Positions 31,409 through 41,872 of a DNA stretch of 64,000 nucleotides are shown here, piece by piece. Position numbers and translations under genes: made by a program. The DNA lies in NCBI GenBank assembly GCA_965203315.1, contig CBDBCE010000004.1, forward strand, positions 32,001-96,000, written 5' to 3'. Under the pieces are notes generated by a model that made no database searches, had not been told where the DNA came from, and saw only the letters and a list, made by a program, of their open reading frames with translations. How positions within the stretch are numbered: position 1 is the first letter of the stretch; each line of letters starts with the position of its first letter. This DNA comes from Nitrosopumilus sp. (GTDB lineage Archaea > Thermoproteota > Nitrososphaeria > Nitrososphaerales > Nitrosopumilaceae).

Positions 31409-31531
31409 GTGAAAAGTATTCTCTATATTGCCCCTGTGGTCGCTTTTGCGTTGATACTAGTTAATGCATTCTTTGGACATCTGCTATATGGCTCTCCATA
31501 CGACCAAGACATCAACAAGTATTCGATATAT
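31409..31531 (+). pseudogene. 5' part (signal/TM anchor) of the gene interrupted by the IS5-type element
   Basis: GTG...MKSILYIAPVVAFALILVNAFFGHLLYGSPYDQDINKYSIY joins in frame to VHLQPEW at 33066 after removing the IS and one TAT copy. Confidence 0.8.
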
Positions 31532-33062
31532 GGAGTTCATGCGAAAGTCATTTTCAGGCACATATGATGTGTGATGGGTCAAATCTGACTAAATTCTCCG
31601 AGTTATTGCGGGTTTCGTGTATCTGAGGAGTAAAAAATTAACCAAAAATAGAATACGCAACAAGACAATTTTTTAAGACACTCTATGGTAAATACCAATT
31701 TGAATAAACAAGAGTATGGCTAATTCGAGCGAGGAACTGGTGCTTGAACAACGACTCAAAGCAGCAGAAGAACGTGCAGATATAGCAGAAGAACAGCTCA
31801 AAGCAGCAAAAAAAGAACTCGAGCTCCCTCCATGCAAGAATATTCTTAGCAATGAAAAGACTCTATGGGAGCATACAAAGCTGGATTTTGACATGTTTAA
31901 CTTTTTGCTCGGCCTGTTTATAGAATGGATACCGGCAGCAGATGTTCACAGACAGTTTCGTAATGTTCTCATAGTACGTGGAAGAATATCCAAACTAACT
32001 CCCGAGTATGCCATGCTCTTGGCAATTCTGAGACTGGTAAGTGGTCACAGTCAGTGCCATCTTGCCAGTAGATTTGGTATAGATCAGAGTAATGTATCCC
32101 GGTACTGTACATACATGAATCAGTTTTTTCAGAGTTTGGGTTTTTCGCCAGACGAGTTGGCAAATGCGATAAGTAAATGCAAGACAAAGAAAGAGCTTGC
32201 AAAATGGGTAAAGGATCACACATTCTTGTTCGATGGATCACACACTCGTGTTCCGACGCCCGTAGATAGAGAGATACGCAATGACTACAAATCAGGCAAA
32301 AAAAAGATGCATACGGTAAATACTCTATTGATGTGTACAAAAGAGAGACTGATAGTACATGTGTCTTCTACGTTTCCTGGTAAGACACATGATTTCAGCA
32401 TATTCAAAGAGCTCAAACTGAATCTTGGCAAGTGGTCCATGTCGTTAACAGATCCAAACACTCCACTTCGCCAAAGATTATACATTCTAGTAGATCTGGG
32501 ATTCCTAGGGATTCGAGATATCTTTGTAGGTGCAAAGATAGGCATAAAATACAAGAAACCCAAAGGTGGGCAACTCACAAAAGAACAAGAGATATACAAC
32601 AAAAAGATAGACAGTGAACGCGCTACAGTAGAACACGTAGTTGGATGTGTAAAGCAGTTTAAACTCTTGTTCAACATGTTCCGAGGAGATGACGACCAAT
32701 ACAACGATGCCTTCAAGATGGCATCTACACTGGTCAACTATCACATTCTTTGGGATCATGAACACGGCAGACCTAGTCCTAGATTAGAAGAGCTTGTTGC
32801 AGCATGGAGAGTAAAGATAAACCGTAAAAAACAAACTAAACTAAAAAAGATGAAATTATCTCACCGCATAGTTGCGTAAATAATACGCACCAACATTGTG
32901 ATTTATAGAATGATATTGTAAGATATCAAGGTACGATTCATTGTTTTACTCACTGCGTACATGTACAATTCCACAGATCACAAGCCTGAGATCACTTTAT
33001 AATTTGGAATGTCTTGGTTGCTAGGTGTCCAGAGTCTTCAAAACGACTTTCGCATGAACTCC
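31532..33062 (+). mobile_element. IS5-family (ISL2/Harbinger-like) insertion sequence, 1531 bp
   Basis: 23-bp TIRs GGAGTTCATGCGAAAGTC(A/G)TTTT, 3-bp target duplication TAT (31529-31531, 33063-33065). Confidence 0.9.
31716..32879 (+). CDS. IS5-family transposase (HTH + DDE_Tnp_4-like)
   Basis: LASRFGIDQSNVSR HTH, FDGSH, SGKKKMHTVN, GKTHD, VDLGFLG and ERATVEHVVG motifs. Confidence 0.9.
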   Translation: MANSSEELVLEQRLKAAEERADIAEEQLKAAKKELELPPCKNILSNEKTLWEHTKLDFDMFNFLLGLFIEWIPAADVHRQFRNVLIVRGRISKLTPEYAMLLAILRLVSGHSQCHLASRFGIDQSNVSRYCTYMNQFFQSLGFSPDELANAISKCKTKKELAKWVKDHTFLFDGSHTRVPTPVDREIRNDYKSGKKKMHTVNTLLMCTKERLIVHVSSTFPGKTHDFSIFKELKLNLGKWSMSLTDPNTPLRQRLYILVDLGFLGIRDIFVGAKIGIKYKKPKGGQLTKEQEIYNKKIDSERATVEHVVGCVKQFKLLFNMFRGDDDQYNDAFKMASTLVNYHILWDHEHGRPSPRLEELVAAWRVKINRKKQTKLKKMKLSHRIVA

Positions 33063-33719
33063 TATGTACATCTACAACCAGAATGGTACAGTTATCCAAA
33101 CAATATACTCTTTGATGTAACCAACGTATGGTCAAATCCTGATCCAACATCTGATATGAAAGGTTACGCAATCAACCCATCTGATATATCGTCGCTGACA
33201 GATTATAATCTCAACCAACTTCAACATCAACATGGCAAGCCATATGTTGAACTCAAACACGAGTTTAGTAACTGCGAGACAAATTGGAAACCAATCTTGT
33301 ACCGTTATGCTATAGATATTCTCAGAAACAGAATCGATGTAATACAAGGCAGAGAACTCGGAGATGATCCATATGTGTCAAAGTTTCCAAACATATCTAC
33401 TAACTCGTCCATAAACTCTGGTTATGTGCAGTTTATTCCAGTATGTACCGTACATGATACTACGACATATGATTATGCTGTATCTCTAAATGATCCTTCA
33501 ATATCATTTGATGTCTACTTTGTTCCATCATCGGATATAGTTGATCAGTATCTAGAGTCTGGTATGATCGATTATTATGATGGCTGTACCGCTATGGGCT
33601 TTCATAGTTATAGTGGAAGATGCACCAATGTTGGCAAAGACTCTGGTCTGATGATAGTTTTACCAGACTCTCTTAAACAGTCGCTCACAAAGATCAAAGT
33701 TAGTATTCATGAGCAATAG
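33063..33719 (+). pseudogene. 3' part of IS-interrupted secreted/membrane hypothetical protein
   Basis: The ORF-track start at 33009 lies inside the IS; the native frame resumes at the duplicated TAT. Confidence 0.75.
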
Positions 33720-33899
33720 TCTCTTGATCAATATGTACAAGTTATTGAGTAGTATCACTAGATGCTTGTAATCGTTAGTGTATGAGAGATAAAATATGCA
33801 TAATGCAAGTTGCTCTTGATCACAACCTGCCTCATCTCTCTCAGACACTACATCGGTTATGTCGATCTTGGTAATCGACAGTGCCTAGACATTTATACA

Positions 33900-34913
33900 T
33901 TAACTTATCCAACCCCATCGTCTAAAATAGACAAACATGGCTGTTGCTGGTATGATTGAAGCTAGAATTATCAAAATAAACGCAGTAAATGGACCTAGTA
34001 TACTCCAGTCATGGCCTATGCCTCCTGGTAGTGCTACGTTCATCCCGTAGAATGTTCCGATAACTGTTGCTGGAATCGCGAGCGTAAAGATTATCGTTAG
34101 TATAGCTAAAACCTTGTTTGTCTTTTCTGTGCTGAGTACATAATCTGTATCTTTATAGATCTCCATCGTCTCTCTAGACTCTTCTAAAGTCTCAATCACT
34201 TTATCAATATGATCGATTACATCATCAAAGTATAACACAAGTCGTTCATGACTATCTGAAAACTCTTTGAGATTCTTTGCAATCTCTACTACAAGCTTCT
34301 TCAATGGATTGGCTATCCTCCGAAGTCGATTGATCTCTCGTCGAAGTATTGCAATACTTCGTGATACTGATTTTGTCTCATCAAATACACTGTCTTCCAT
34401 CTCGTCTAGATTTGCTATTATTCGTCTTGCTGTGTGGGATAGGTCATCGACTAGGACATCAATGATCTCGTGTAAAAGAAATCCTGGTGACATATTTAAA
34501 AGTCGATCTCTTCGCTGTTCATCTGATCCAGTCTTACATGTGTTGATCAATTCGATTAGTGGTGTCAGATCGCCTTGATGTACTGTAACTAGAAAGTCTT
34601 TGCCGATAAATACTGAGAGCTGGCTATTCTTGATTACTGCTCGTTGTGATAGTGGCGGAAAATGTAATATGGCGAAAAAATGCTCTTCATATTTATCGAG
34701 CTTTGGTAACTCGAACTTTGTCATACAGTCTTCGATGTTGAGTGAATGAAAATGGTACTTTTCTGCCAAAAGTTCTACGTCATTTCGATCTGGATTTTGC
34801 ATATCTATCCATACAAAGCGATCTCCATTTATCTCCTGAATCTTGCGTTCTATATTGCTCTCTGGAGCTCGCTTTCCTGAACGTAGCCTGTTTGAAATAA
34901 ATCCTCGTCTCAT
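33900..34913 (-). CDS. corA: CorA-family Mg2+/Co2+ transporter
   Basis: WIDM, PKLDKY, YGMN signature and two C-terminal TMs. Confidence 0.94.
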   Translation of the reverse strand: MRRGFISNRLRSGKRAPESNIERKIQEINGDRFVWIDMQNPDRNDVELLAEKYHFHSLNIEDCMTKFELPKLDKYEEHFFAILHFPPLSQRAVIKNSQLSVFIGKDFLVTVHQGDLTPLIELINTCKTGSDEQRRDRLLNMSPGFLLHEIIDVLVDDLSHTARRIIANLDEMEDSVFDETKSVSRSIAILRREINRLRRIANPLKKLVVEIAKNLKEFSDSHERLVLYFDDVIDHIDKVIETLEESRETMEIYKDTDYVLSTEKTNKVLAILTIIFTLAIPATVIGTFYGMNVALPGGIGHDWSILGPFTAFILIILASIIPATAMFVYFRRWGWIS

Positions 34914-34997
34914 CTGAATCAAGAAATTTTTTAACAAATTTAAAACGATCGAATATAGATTAAATATTCTACAAATCGTCTAGATGTCTATCTATTC

Positions 34998-35105
34998 TTA
35001 TGGCTTGAAAGGTAATAGATAGTTCATGCCTACCCACGTTATGCCTGATGCTATTGCCATTGCAATCCACCACAATCTCATATATGAATCGGCAAATATG
35101 CTCAA
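34998..35105 (-). CDS. Putative 35-aa single-TM protein
   Basis: TTG-start ORF MSIFADSYMRLWWIAMAIASGITWVGMNYLLPFKP, below the ORF-track cutoff. Confidence 0.5.
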   Translation of the reverse strand: MSIFADSYMRLWWIAMAIASGITWVGMNYLLPFKP

Positions 35106-35153
35106 TAATAAATCTTAAAGATTATTACTAGACTTGTATGCTCTCTAGTTTGT

Positions 35154-35226
35154 GGCCTTTGTCGTACAGTGGTTAGTATAGAGGATTGTGGATCCTTGGA
35201 CAGGGGTTCGATTCCCCTCGAAGGCC
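35154..35226 (+). tRNA. tRNA-His(GTG) with encoded G-1
   Basis: G+GCCTTTG/CGAAGGC+C acceptor, GAGGA-TTGTGGA-TCCTT arm, GGTTCGATTCC T-arm. Confidence 0.93.
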
Positions 35227-35705
35227 TCTCAATGTTTGAAGGCATATCTCATATTCGGATTAGGGATGAGACTAGATTCGTAATATGTTATGTGATGTGA
35301 GACTTGAGCACAAGAATCTCAATCAAAACCACGTCTAGTCATATTATGATGGTTGTCGATATTCTGATTGTTATATTTACAGAATGGATTAGTTGTTATT
35401 TATCGAGTTATCTTCTAGGTGAAAGATGAGATTTCTCGGTACAATAGACGTCGTCTTTGTGTTGTGACCGTTGTTTTCAACAAGTTCTCTTTTAACAACC
35501 ATCTCATTCTCGTATGCTTTGTATCATGATATCGAAGATTATGCCGATCACGATGATATCCTAGCGTCGTACCAAAAATGGTTTTTAGTGAGACATATTC
35601 TATATTCAATGCCCAAGAGCAGCCGTGTAGACGGATTAGGATGATGTAGATCGTAACGATGCCAATGATTTCTAATTCACCCAGATACGGTACACCATGG
35701 GCAAA

Positions 35706-35777
35706 CCCCCGGTTAAAAGATCCCGAGTGAGGTCTTAGGCTATCCGATGATCCTGTGCGAGTCAGAGCCGGGGAACA
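35706..35777. ncRNA. Candidate small structured RNA
   Basis: GC-rich island closed by CCCCGG/CCGGGG, with internal stems, followed by ACA. Confidence 0.35.
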
Positions 35778-35812
35778 AAAACCATTAAAGAGCCAAATCT
35801 CATACACGATCT

Positions 35813-36229
35813 ATGAAGTACTGGCTTGCAAAACAAGAGCCTAGTGGCCCTCGAGGATACAGTTTTGATCAACTCAAAGCAGACAAGAGTACTGTGTGGG
35901 ATGGAGTCCATAACAATCTTGCACTCAAGCACATTAGGGAGATGAGTCCAAATGATCTAGTGTTGTATTATCATACCGGAGATCAAAGACAGATAGTTGG
36001 AGTAATGCAAGTCAAATCCAAACCATATCCAAATCCCGAAGAGACTAATCCAAGGTTTGTTGTGATTGACGTGAAATATAAACGACAATTAAAGAGACCT
36101 GTGACACTTGATGAGATAAAAGCGGATAAAAGATTTCGAGATTGGGAGCTAGTAAAGATATCTCGACTCTCAGTGATGCCTGTCCCCAAAGATATCTGGG
36201 ATGCTGTATTGGATATCTCTGAGACTTGA
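35813..36229 (+). CDS. EVE domain protein
   Basis: YWLAKQEP, WDGVHN..A, LYYHTG and RLSVMPV motifs. Confidence 0.92.
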   Translation: MKYWLAKQEPSGPRGYSFDQLKADKSTVWDGVHNNLALKHIREMSPNDLVLYYHTGDQRQIVGVMQVKSKPYPNPEETNPRFVVIDVKYKRQLKRPVTLDEIKADKRFRDWELVKISRLSVMPVPKDIWDAVLDISET

Positions 36230-36650
36230 TCATGATATACACATAGTGTGCAATCAAGAGCGTCAGACGTATCACTACACATTGTAATACGTTCAACTGT
36301 ACAAATTGTAGAGGACGGTGGTATCTTGCCAGTTTATGTGTAGCATTTTACAAGATTTTTTCTATATAGTATGATGTTATGTTGTCATAGATGTCAGGTA
36401 TGATCTTTGAAAAGTTTGTTTTTCGTGCATAAACAACATGTCGACCTAATGTCATACTCTAAAAACGCATAGTACTTTTTCTACAAGTGTCTAGCTATGA
36501 CTGGCAACAAGCGCGAAATATAGAATAGTTGGTTTTGACAAAGCGTATAATTGACATAAAGTTGGCATCAGTTTTGATATCTGATATGTGGTGTCGATTA
36601 GTAAGACTCGATTAGATTTATTGATATAGGTGATTCTTTTAGATTTTGAT

Positions 36651-36890
36651 ATGGCAACAGCTTATGTCTTGATAAACTGTGAACTAGGCTCTGAGGAGGC
36701 GATCATTCACCAACTCAAGGGTCTTGATGGTGTCAGAGAGGTTCATGGAACATTTGGCGCTTACGATATTCTGGCCAAGATCGAATCAGATACAGTTGAG
36801 AAACTTAGAGAGACAATAACTTGGAAGATCAGAAAGATCGAAAAGATACGTTCAACGCTAACGCTAATGGGCATCGAAGGTCAAACTTGA
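36651..36890 (+). CDS. Stand-alone Lrp/AsnC ligand-binding (RAM) domain protein
   Basis: AYVLINCELG, VHGTFGAYDILAKI and IRSTLTL motifs. Confidence 0.9.
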   Translation: MATAYVLINCELGSEEAIIHQLKGLDGVREVHGTFGAYDILAKIESDTVEKLRETITWKIRKIEKIRSTLTLMGIEGQT

Positions 36891-36897
36891 GAGCATC

Positions 36898-37470
36898 ATG
36901 CTCCTCTATTTTATTTTCGTAATACAGGAAGAAGATTATGGTAGACGTAATTTCGAGTTCAACTATATTAAAGACATGGCTAGATTTTACAGATCCTGGC
37001 TATTTAACAAATTTAAGATCAAATGTGACGTCAAGTGTGATACGATGCTTACTAGGCCACAGAGTATACTACAACGTCTAGACACTCATACTCTCTTGAG
37101 TGATCATAAACTACGTGGTTCTGGTACATTTCATTTTTATCTGACACACTTTAGACCTCTCTGGACTGATTGTACATGTGAAGGGTATCACGCACCAAAC
37201 TTTGCGATGATCTATTGGCAGAGACCTAAAGAGCCTAACGATACTCTCTTTCTTGCAGAAAAGAATTGTACTGTCGTATCACACGAACTATTACACGAAG
37301 TCTTGCGGATATCTGGAACGAAACGATATATTCAAGATGTTCATGATGTATGGACTAGACATTTTTATGACAAGTTGGAGTTTGAACAGTACGATGTGCA
37401 TCACAATACCACACTCGAAAAACCAATGTTTCTTACAATGGACACATCATCATTTGTATCTCGTAACTAG
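36898..37470 (+). CDS. Conserved hypothetical protein with HExxH (zincin-like) motif
   Basis: SHELLHE, plus CTC; function unknown. Confidence 0.7.
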   Translation: MLLYFIFVIQEEDYGRRNFEFNYIKDMARFYRSWLFNKFKIKCDVKCDTMLTRPQSILQRLDTHTLLSDHKLRGSGTFHFYLTHFRPLWTDCTCEGYHAPNFAMIYWQRPKEPNDTLFLAEKNCTVVSHELLHEVLRISGTKRYIQDVHDVWTRHFYDKLEFEQYDVHHNTTLEKPMFLTMDTSSFVSRN

Positions 37471-37476
37471 GTATGT

Positions 37477-38115
37477 TCAACCTAGTCGTTTACTATCGTA
37501 GATCTTGTTCTTAAAGTTGGCTATCTTGAACTCTAGTTTATTCTCCGAGTCTCCAGACCTCTCTTTGCTAAGGTTCTCCAACTCTACCAAAGCATCTCCT
37601 TTGAAACCTACCGATGATGCATAGATTGCATCGAATAGCATTGTACCATGATCGCCTTGTTTGATATCGTTAGCTATCTCGTAAAACTGTGTGATCTGGT
37701 TCTTGTTTACAGGACGACCTGTAGGTTTATTGACTGCAACCGCGATATACATTCCATTACTCTTTACTGCTACCTGAATTTTGTGATCTTTTTTACTCTT
37801 ACCTGGAATAGTCTCGTCTACCAAGATCTCACACTTGTGGTACATACTAGATATGTACACAAAAAATCGATACTGTGCATACTTGCCTGCAGCATCCTCT
37901 TCACAATCGACAAATACTTTGTGCAATAGTTCGAGTGCTTCATCATTCATGCTTTGTAGACGATCATCGATTCTACCACGTTCCAATAGATTTGATTTAC
38001 ACTCCTTTGCTATCAGTTCTAAGATAAATTCTGGTAGGTTATAGTTTTTGAGTGTAGCAACAAAAGCACCCGCTTGAGACATACCAAATTTTGGGAACCC
38101 TTTATTGACCATCAC
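37477..38115 (-). CDS. Conserved hypothetical protein (possible restriction-endonuclease-like C-terminus)
   Basis: Long ORF; IPGKSKKDHKIQVAV and YASSVGF loosely resemble Mrr-like folds. Confidence 0.65.
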   Translation of the reverse strand: MMVNKGFPKFGMSQAGAFVATLKNYNLPEFILELIAKECKSNLLERGRIDDRLQSMNDEALELLHKVFVDCEEDAAGKYAQYRFFVYISSMYHKCEILVDETIPGKSKKDHKIQVAVKSNGMYIAVAVNKPTGRPVNKNQITQFYEIANDIKQGDHGTMLFDAIYASSVGFKGDALVELENLSKERSGDSENKLEFKIANFKNKIYDSKRLG

Positions 38116-38211
38116 AAAACCCCATCAAACTATTCAACAGTCTATAATATGACTCTATTAGCTTATAATTGTTAAGAATGGTTAAAATTCAAGACAATTT
38201 AGAGTTATACC

Positions 38212-40467
38212 ATGGAGATTGAGACCACCCTGCAAGATGTGTCATCCATATATGATACTATGAAGAATAACATTGCTCAATTTCGTAATATTGTCAAACG
38301 TCCACTAACTCTAACTGAAAAGATCCTTGTTGGTCACATGTATAATATCACTGACGTACCTACATCTGGCAAAGACTATGTATCTCTCAAATCAGATCGA
38401 GTTGCATTACAAGACGTTACCGGACAGATGGTAATGCTGCAGTTTATGCAAGCTGGTATAGAACGAGTTAGATTGCCTACGACTGTCCACTGCGATCATC
38501 TGATCAGAGCTGAGGTTCAAGGAGACGTTGACATGAAGGTGTCATTAAATGAGAACAATGAGGTCTTTGAATTTTTACAGTCTGCTGCAGCAAAGTATGG
38601 CTGTGGATTTTGGAAACCTGGTGCTGGAATAATACACCAGGTAGTTTTAGAAAATTATGCATTTCCAGGTGGATTGATGATTGGAACAGACTCACATACT
38701 CCAAATGCTGGTGGATTAGGAATGATTGCCATCGGAGTTGGTGGTCTAGACGCTGCAGAGGCGATGGCTGGAATGCCGTTTGAACTATTGTATCCGAAAC
38801 GAATTGGTGTTAAACTCGTAGGCAAACTTGGAGGATGGACTGCACCAAAAGATATCATCTTAAAGATCGCAGAAATATTGACCGTATCTGGAGGAACAAA
38901 TGCTATTGTTGAGTACTTTGGTCCTGGTACCAGCTCTATCAGCTGTACAGGAAAAGCTACTATAACAAATATGGGCGCAGAGATTGGGGCTACATGCTCG
39001 ATCTTTCCATATGACGAACGGATGGCTACATATCTCAGATACACCAATCGCTCATCTATTGCAGATATTGCAGACAAGAACATATCTCTCTTGACGCCTG
39101 ATCCAGAGATCAATGATGATCCAGAACGCTTCTATGATCAAGTTATAGAGATCGATCTAGACAAACTTGAACCACACGTTGTTGGACCACACACTCCAGA
39201 TCTTGCAAGACCTATATCTGATCTTGCTAGTGATGTTGCTAAACATGAGTACATTGATCAAATATCTGTTGCACTAGTTGGCAGCTGTACAAACTCTTCC
39301 TATGAAGATATGTCAAGAGCTGCTAGCATAGCTATTCAAGCAAAACTACATGGAGTATCGTCAAAGATTCCATTACTGGTTACACCTGGCTCAGAGCAGA
39401 TTCGTGGAACCATCGAGCGTGATGGTCAGATGGATAGCCTCAAAGAGATCGGTGCAACAGTTCTTGCAAACGCATGTGGTCCATGTATTGGACAGTGGAG
39501 TAGACCAGAACTTGGTGAGCGTGAAGCTAACACAATCATTACCAGCTTTAACAGAAACTTTCCTGGACGAAATGACGGTCATCGTAGCACATTAAACTTT
39601 ATTGCCAGTCCTGAGATGATAGTTGCTCTATCGCTTGGTGGTAGACTATCATTCAATCCCTTGGATGACGAACTTGTAGCAGATGATGGCACAAAGTTCA
39701 AACTTGAACCACCAAAACCTGCACCAGAAGTTCCTCCAAATGGATTTGTAAGACCTATTGGCGTATATGTTGCGCCACCAAGTACATCTGACGTAGATGT
39801 TATCTTGGATCCGAATAGCAATAGACTCCAACGTCTAGAACCATTTGATCCATGGAATGGCAAAGACTTTGAGAGGCTGCCTATACTGGTAAAAGCAAAA
39901 GGTAAATGTACTACCGATCATATCTCGCCTGCCGGCGCATGGTTGTCTTTACGTGGGCATCTCGATAATCTTAGCGATAACATGCTCTTGGGAGCTGTCA
40001 ACGCATTTGATGACAGAGTTGGTTCTGGTAAGAATGTCTTGTCGGGAGAGATTGAGCCTTTTGCAAAGATTGCTCGACACTACAAAAAGGAGCAGATTCG
40101 TTGGGTTATCATCGGTGATCACAACTATGGTGAGGGCAGTAGTCGTGAACATGCTGCAATGACCCCAAGATATCTTGGTTGTGCTGCAGTTATTGCAAAG
40201 AGCATGGCGCGAATACACGAGACCAATCTAAAAAAGCAAGGAATACTCGCATTGACATTTGCCAATCCAGACGACTATGACAAGATATGTGAAGACGATA
40301 AACTAAGTCTGATTGATCTCTCTTCAATGAAGCCACAAGAACCTATCCGTTGTATATTGTATCATGCTGACAATACTCGAGATACTATTGTACTGAATCA
40401 CTCGTACAATACATCGCAGATAGCATGGTTTCGAGCAGGTTCTGCACTAAACATTCTACAAAATTGA
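38212..40467 (+). CDS. Aconitate hydratase (mitochondrial-like type)
   Basis: HCDH, GTDSHT, GSCTNSS, ACGPCIGQW, TTDHISPAG and GSSREHAA motifs. Confidence 0.96.
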   Translation: MEIETTLQDVSSIYDTMKNNIAQFRNIVKRPLTLTEKILVGHMYNITDVPTSGKDYVSLKSDRVALQDVTGQMVMLQFMQAGIERVRLPTTVHCDHLIRAEVQGDVDMKVSLNENNEVFEFLQSAAAKYGCGFWKPGAGIIHQVVLENYAFPGGLMIGTDSHTPNAGGLGMIAIGVGGLDAAEAMAGMPFELLYPKRIGVKLVGKLGGWTAPKDIILKIAEILTVSGGTNAIVEYFGPGTSSISCTGKATITNMGAEIGATCSIFPYDERMATYLRYTNRSSIADIADKNISLLTPDPEINDDPERFYDQVIEIDLDKLEPHVVGPHTPDLARPISDLASDVAKHEYIDQISVALVGSCTNSSYEDMSRAASIAIQAKLHGVSSKIPLLVTPGSEQIRGTIERDGQMDSLKEIGATVLANACGPCIGQWSRPELGEREANTIITSFNRNFPGRNDGHRSTLNFIASPEMIVALSLGGRLSFNPLDDELVADDGTKFKLEPPKPAPEVPPNGFVRPIGVYVAPPSTSDVDVILDPNSNRLQRLEPFDPWNGKDFERLPILVKAKGKCTTDHISPAGAWLSLRGHLDNLSDNMLLGAVNAFDDRVGSGKNVLSGEIEPFAKIARHYKKEQIRWVIIGDHNYGEGSSREHAAMTPRYLGCAAVIAKSMARIHETNLKKQGILALTFANPDDYDKICEDDKLSLIDLSSMKPQEPIRCILYHADNTRDTIVLNHSYNTSQIAWFRAGSALNILQN

Positions 40468-40473
40468 TATACG

Positions 40474-40628
40474 TGGGGCCGACCGGAATTGAACCGGCGA
40501 CCTACGGGTCACTACAGCTCCAAACTTACATCATCCAAGAGTCAGTTTAGCATAGTTTAACCTCTGGAGCCCTTTGCGGTGAATCTATTCGTAGTCACTG
40601 TCGCCCTACCAGGCTAGGCTACGACCCC
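40474..40628 (-). tRNA. tRNA-Trp(CCA) with two introns (27 nt at 28/29: 40573-40599; 54 nt at 37/38: 40510-40563)
   Basis: Removing both gives acceptor GGGGTCG/CGGCCCC and arm ACGGG-CTCCAGA-CCCGT; relaxed BHB motifs at both introns. Confidence 0.88.
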
Positions 40629-40959
40629 ACCGATACTTGATACATATGACTTGAATTTTAATCTATTTTAAATTCAGTTTTCCCAAATGTGTATTTCGTC
40701 TATGATCAGTTAGCCTAACAACAATCCTGTTTTCTGAGTACTGGCGACTTGGATACTACATGACACATGACATCTAATTCTGATGTTTATGTAGCCTGAG
40801 TTAACGACTTGTATTTGACGCTTTTGTTACGCTTACGGTATGAATGTATGGTTGTCAACTAATTCGGCAAAGTTGTTCTAGATGGCGTTCTCACAAGTAA
40901 TCACTACTGCGCAACTTGAGACAATAGTTGTGGTGGCAATAGTTTACAGTAGGCGCTAC

Positions 40960-41075
40960 GGATCTCTTCGATTTGTGTGGGATGAATGATTACAGAAAAA
41001 GCATTACAAGATTCTATGAGAGAAAATTAGAAAAAAGCCTTGCGAAACGTCATCCCACATAAGCCGAAAAGATCC
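40960..41075. mobile_element. ~116-bp MITE copy
   Basis: GGATCTCTTCGATTTGTGTGGGATG / CATCCCACATAAGCCGAAAAGATCC inverted ends. Confidence 0.8.
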
Positions 41076-41110
41076 AAAAAACATAAATTTATACAACATC
41101 AGTCAAATTT

Positions 41111-41872
41111 ATGTTTATTTCTTATATAGATTCAACAGGAACAACCTCATTTAGCAAAGCAGAGAACTATGTTCTTGCATCAGTTACAATTCATGAACAA
41201 TCATGGTATTCGATAAATAAGAAAGTTGAAGATCTGCAACTAAAATATTTCCCAAATACTAATCTCGATCAAATTGAGTTTCATGCAAAGGATATGACTA
41301 ATAAACATGGAATATATGAGGACATGTCTGAAGAAAAGATTTTTTCGATTTTAGATGACATATTCACTATCATTTCAGATAAAGATACAGATATCACTAT
41401 AATTGCAGTACTCGTACAGAAATCCAAGATGACGAAGAGGACAGATTTAGAAAAGATTAGTCACGCATATTTGTTTGAAAGACTAAATCTATACATACAG
41501 AAACAAAACAAAAATTCTATAAATGCTGAACTTTCTGAATACGGAATTATGGTGTTTGATACTGAGGGAAACAAAAAAGAAGATCAAAAACTTCGTGACA
41601 AACTATTAACCATACTTAAAGAGGGAACTCCTTATTCAAAATTGGATTGCTTAATAGAGGATCCATTCTTCACAGATTCTAAATGGAGAAATCTAATACA
41701 AATAGTTGATTGTGTTGCTTATTGTATCAGAAAGAAATATCGAGTAAATACACCATCAACACATACAGCTAATTGGGCTCGGTACTATGATATGATCGAA
41801 ACAAAATTTGACAGCAAATATGGAAAATACTACGGATGTGGATTGAAGATTATTCCACAACAAGGAGACTAG
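41111..41872 (+). CDS. DUF3800 family protein (RNase H-like fold)
   Basis: N-terminal YIDSTG (family YxDESG), EFHA, and C-terminal DSK...IQIVDCVAY (QxADxxAY); AT-rich relative to neighbours. Confidence 0.82.
   Translation: MFISYIDSTGTTSFSKAENYVLASVTIHEQSWYSINKKVEDLQLKYFPNTNLDQIEFHAKDMTNKHGIYEDMSEEKIFSILDDIFTIISDKDTDITIIAVLVQKSKMTKRTDLEKISHAYLFERLNLYIQKQNKNSINAELSEYGIMVFDTEGNKKEDQKLRDKLLTILKEGTPYSKLDCLIEDPFFTDSKWRNLIQIVDCVAYCIRKKYRVNTPSTHTANWARYYDMIETKFDSKYGKYYGCGLKIIPQQGD

Noticed and set aside
31654-32878. Inner 8-bp inverted repeat TACGCAAC/GTTGCGTA closely flanking the transposase
   Set aside because: Short and without a convincing target duplication. The outer 23-bp TIRs with TAT duplication explain the insertion better, although nesting is not excluded.
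33009-33719. ORF-track 236-aa protein as an intact gene
   Set aside because: Its first 18 codons are IS sequence.
35415-35807. 130-aa minus-strand ORF
   Set aside because: Runs through the structured element and the EVE promoter; no protein-like signal.
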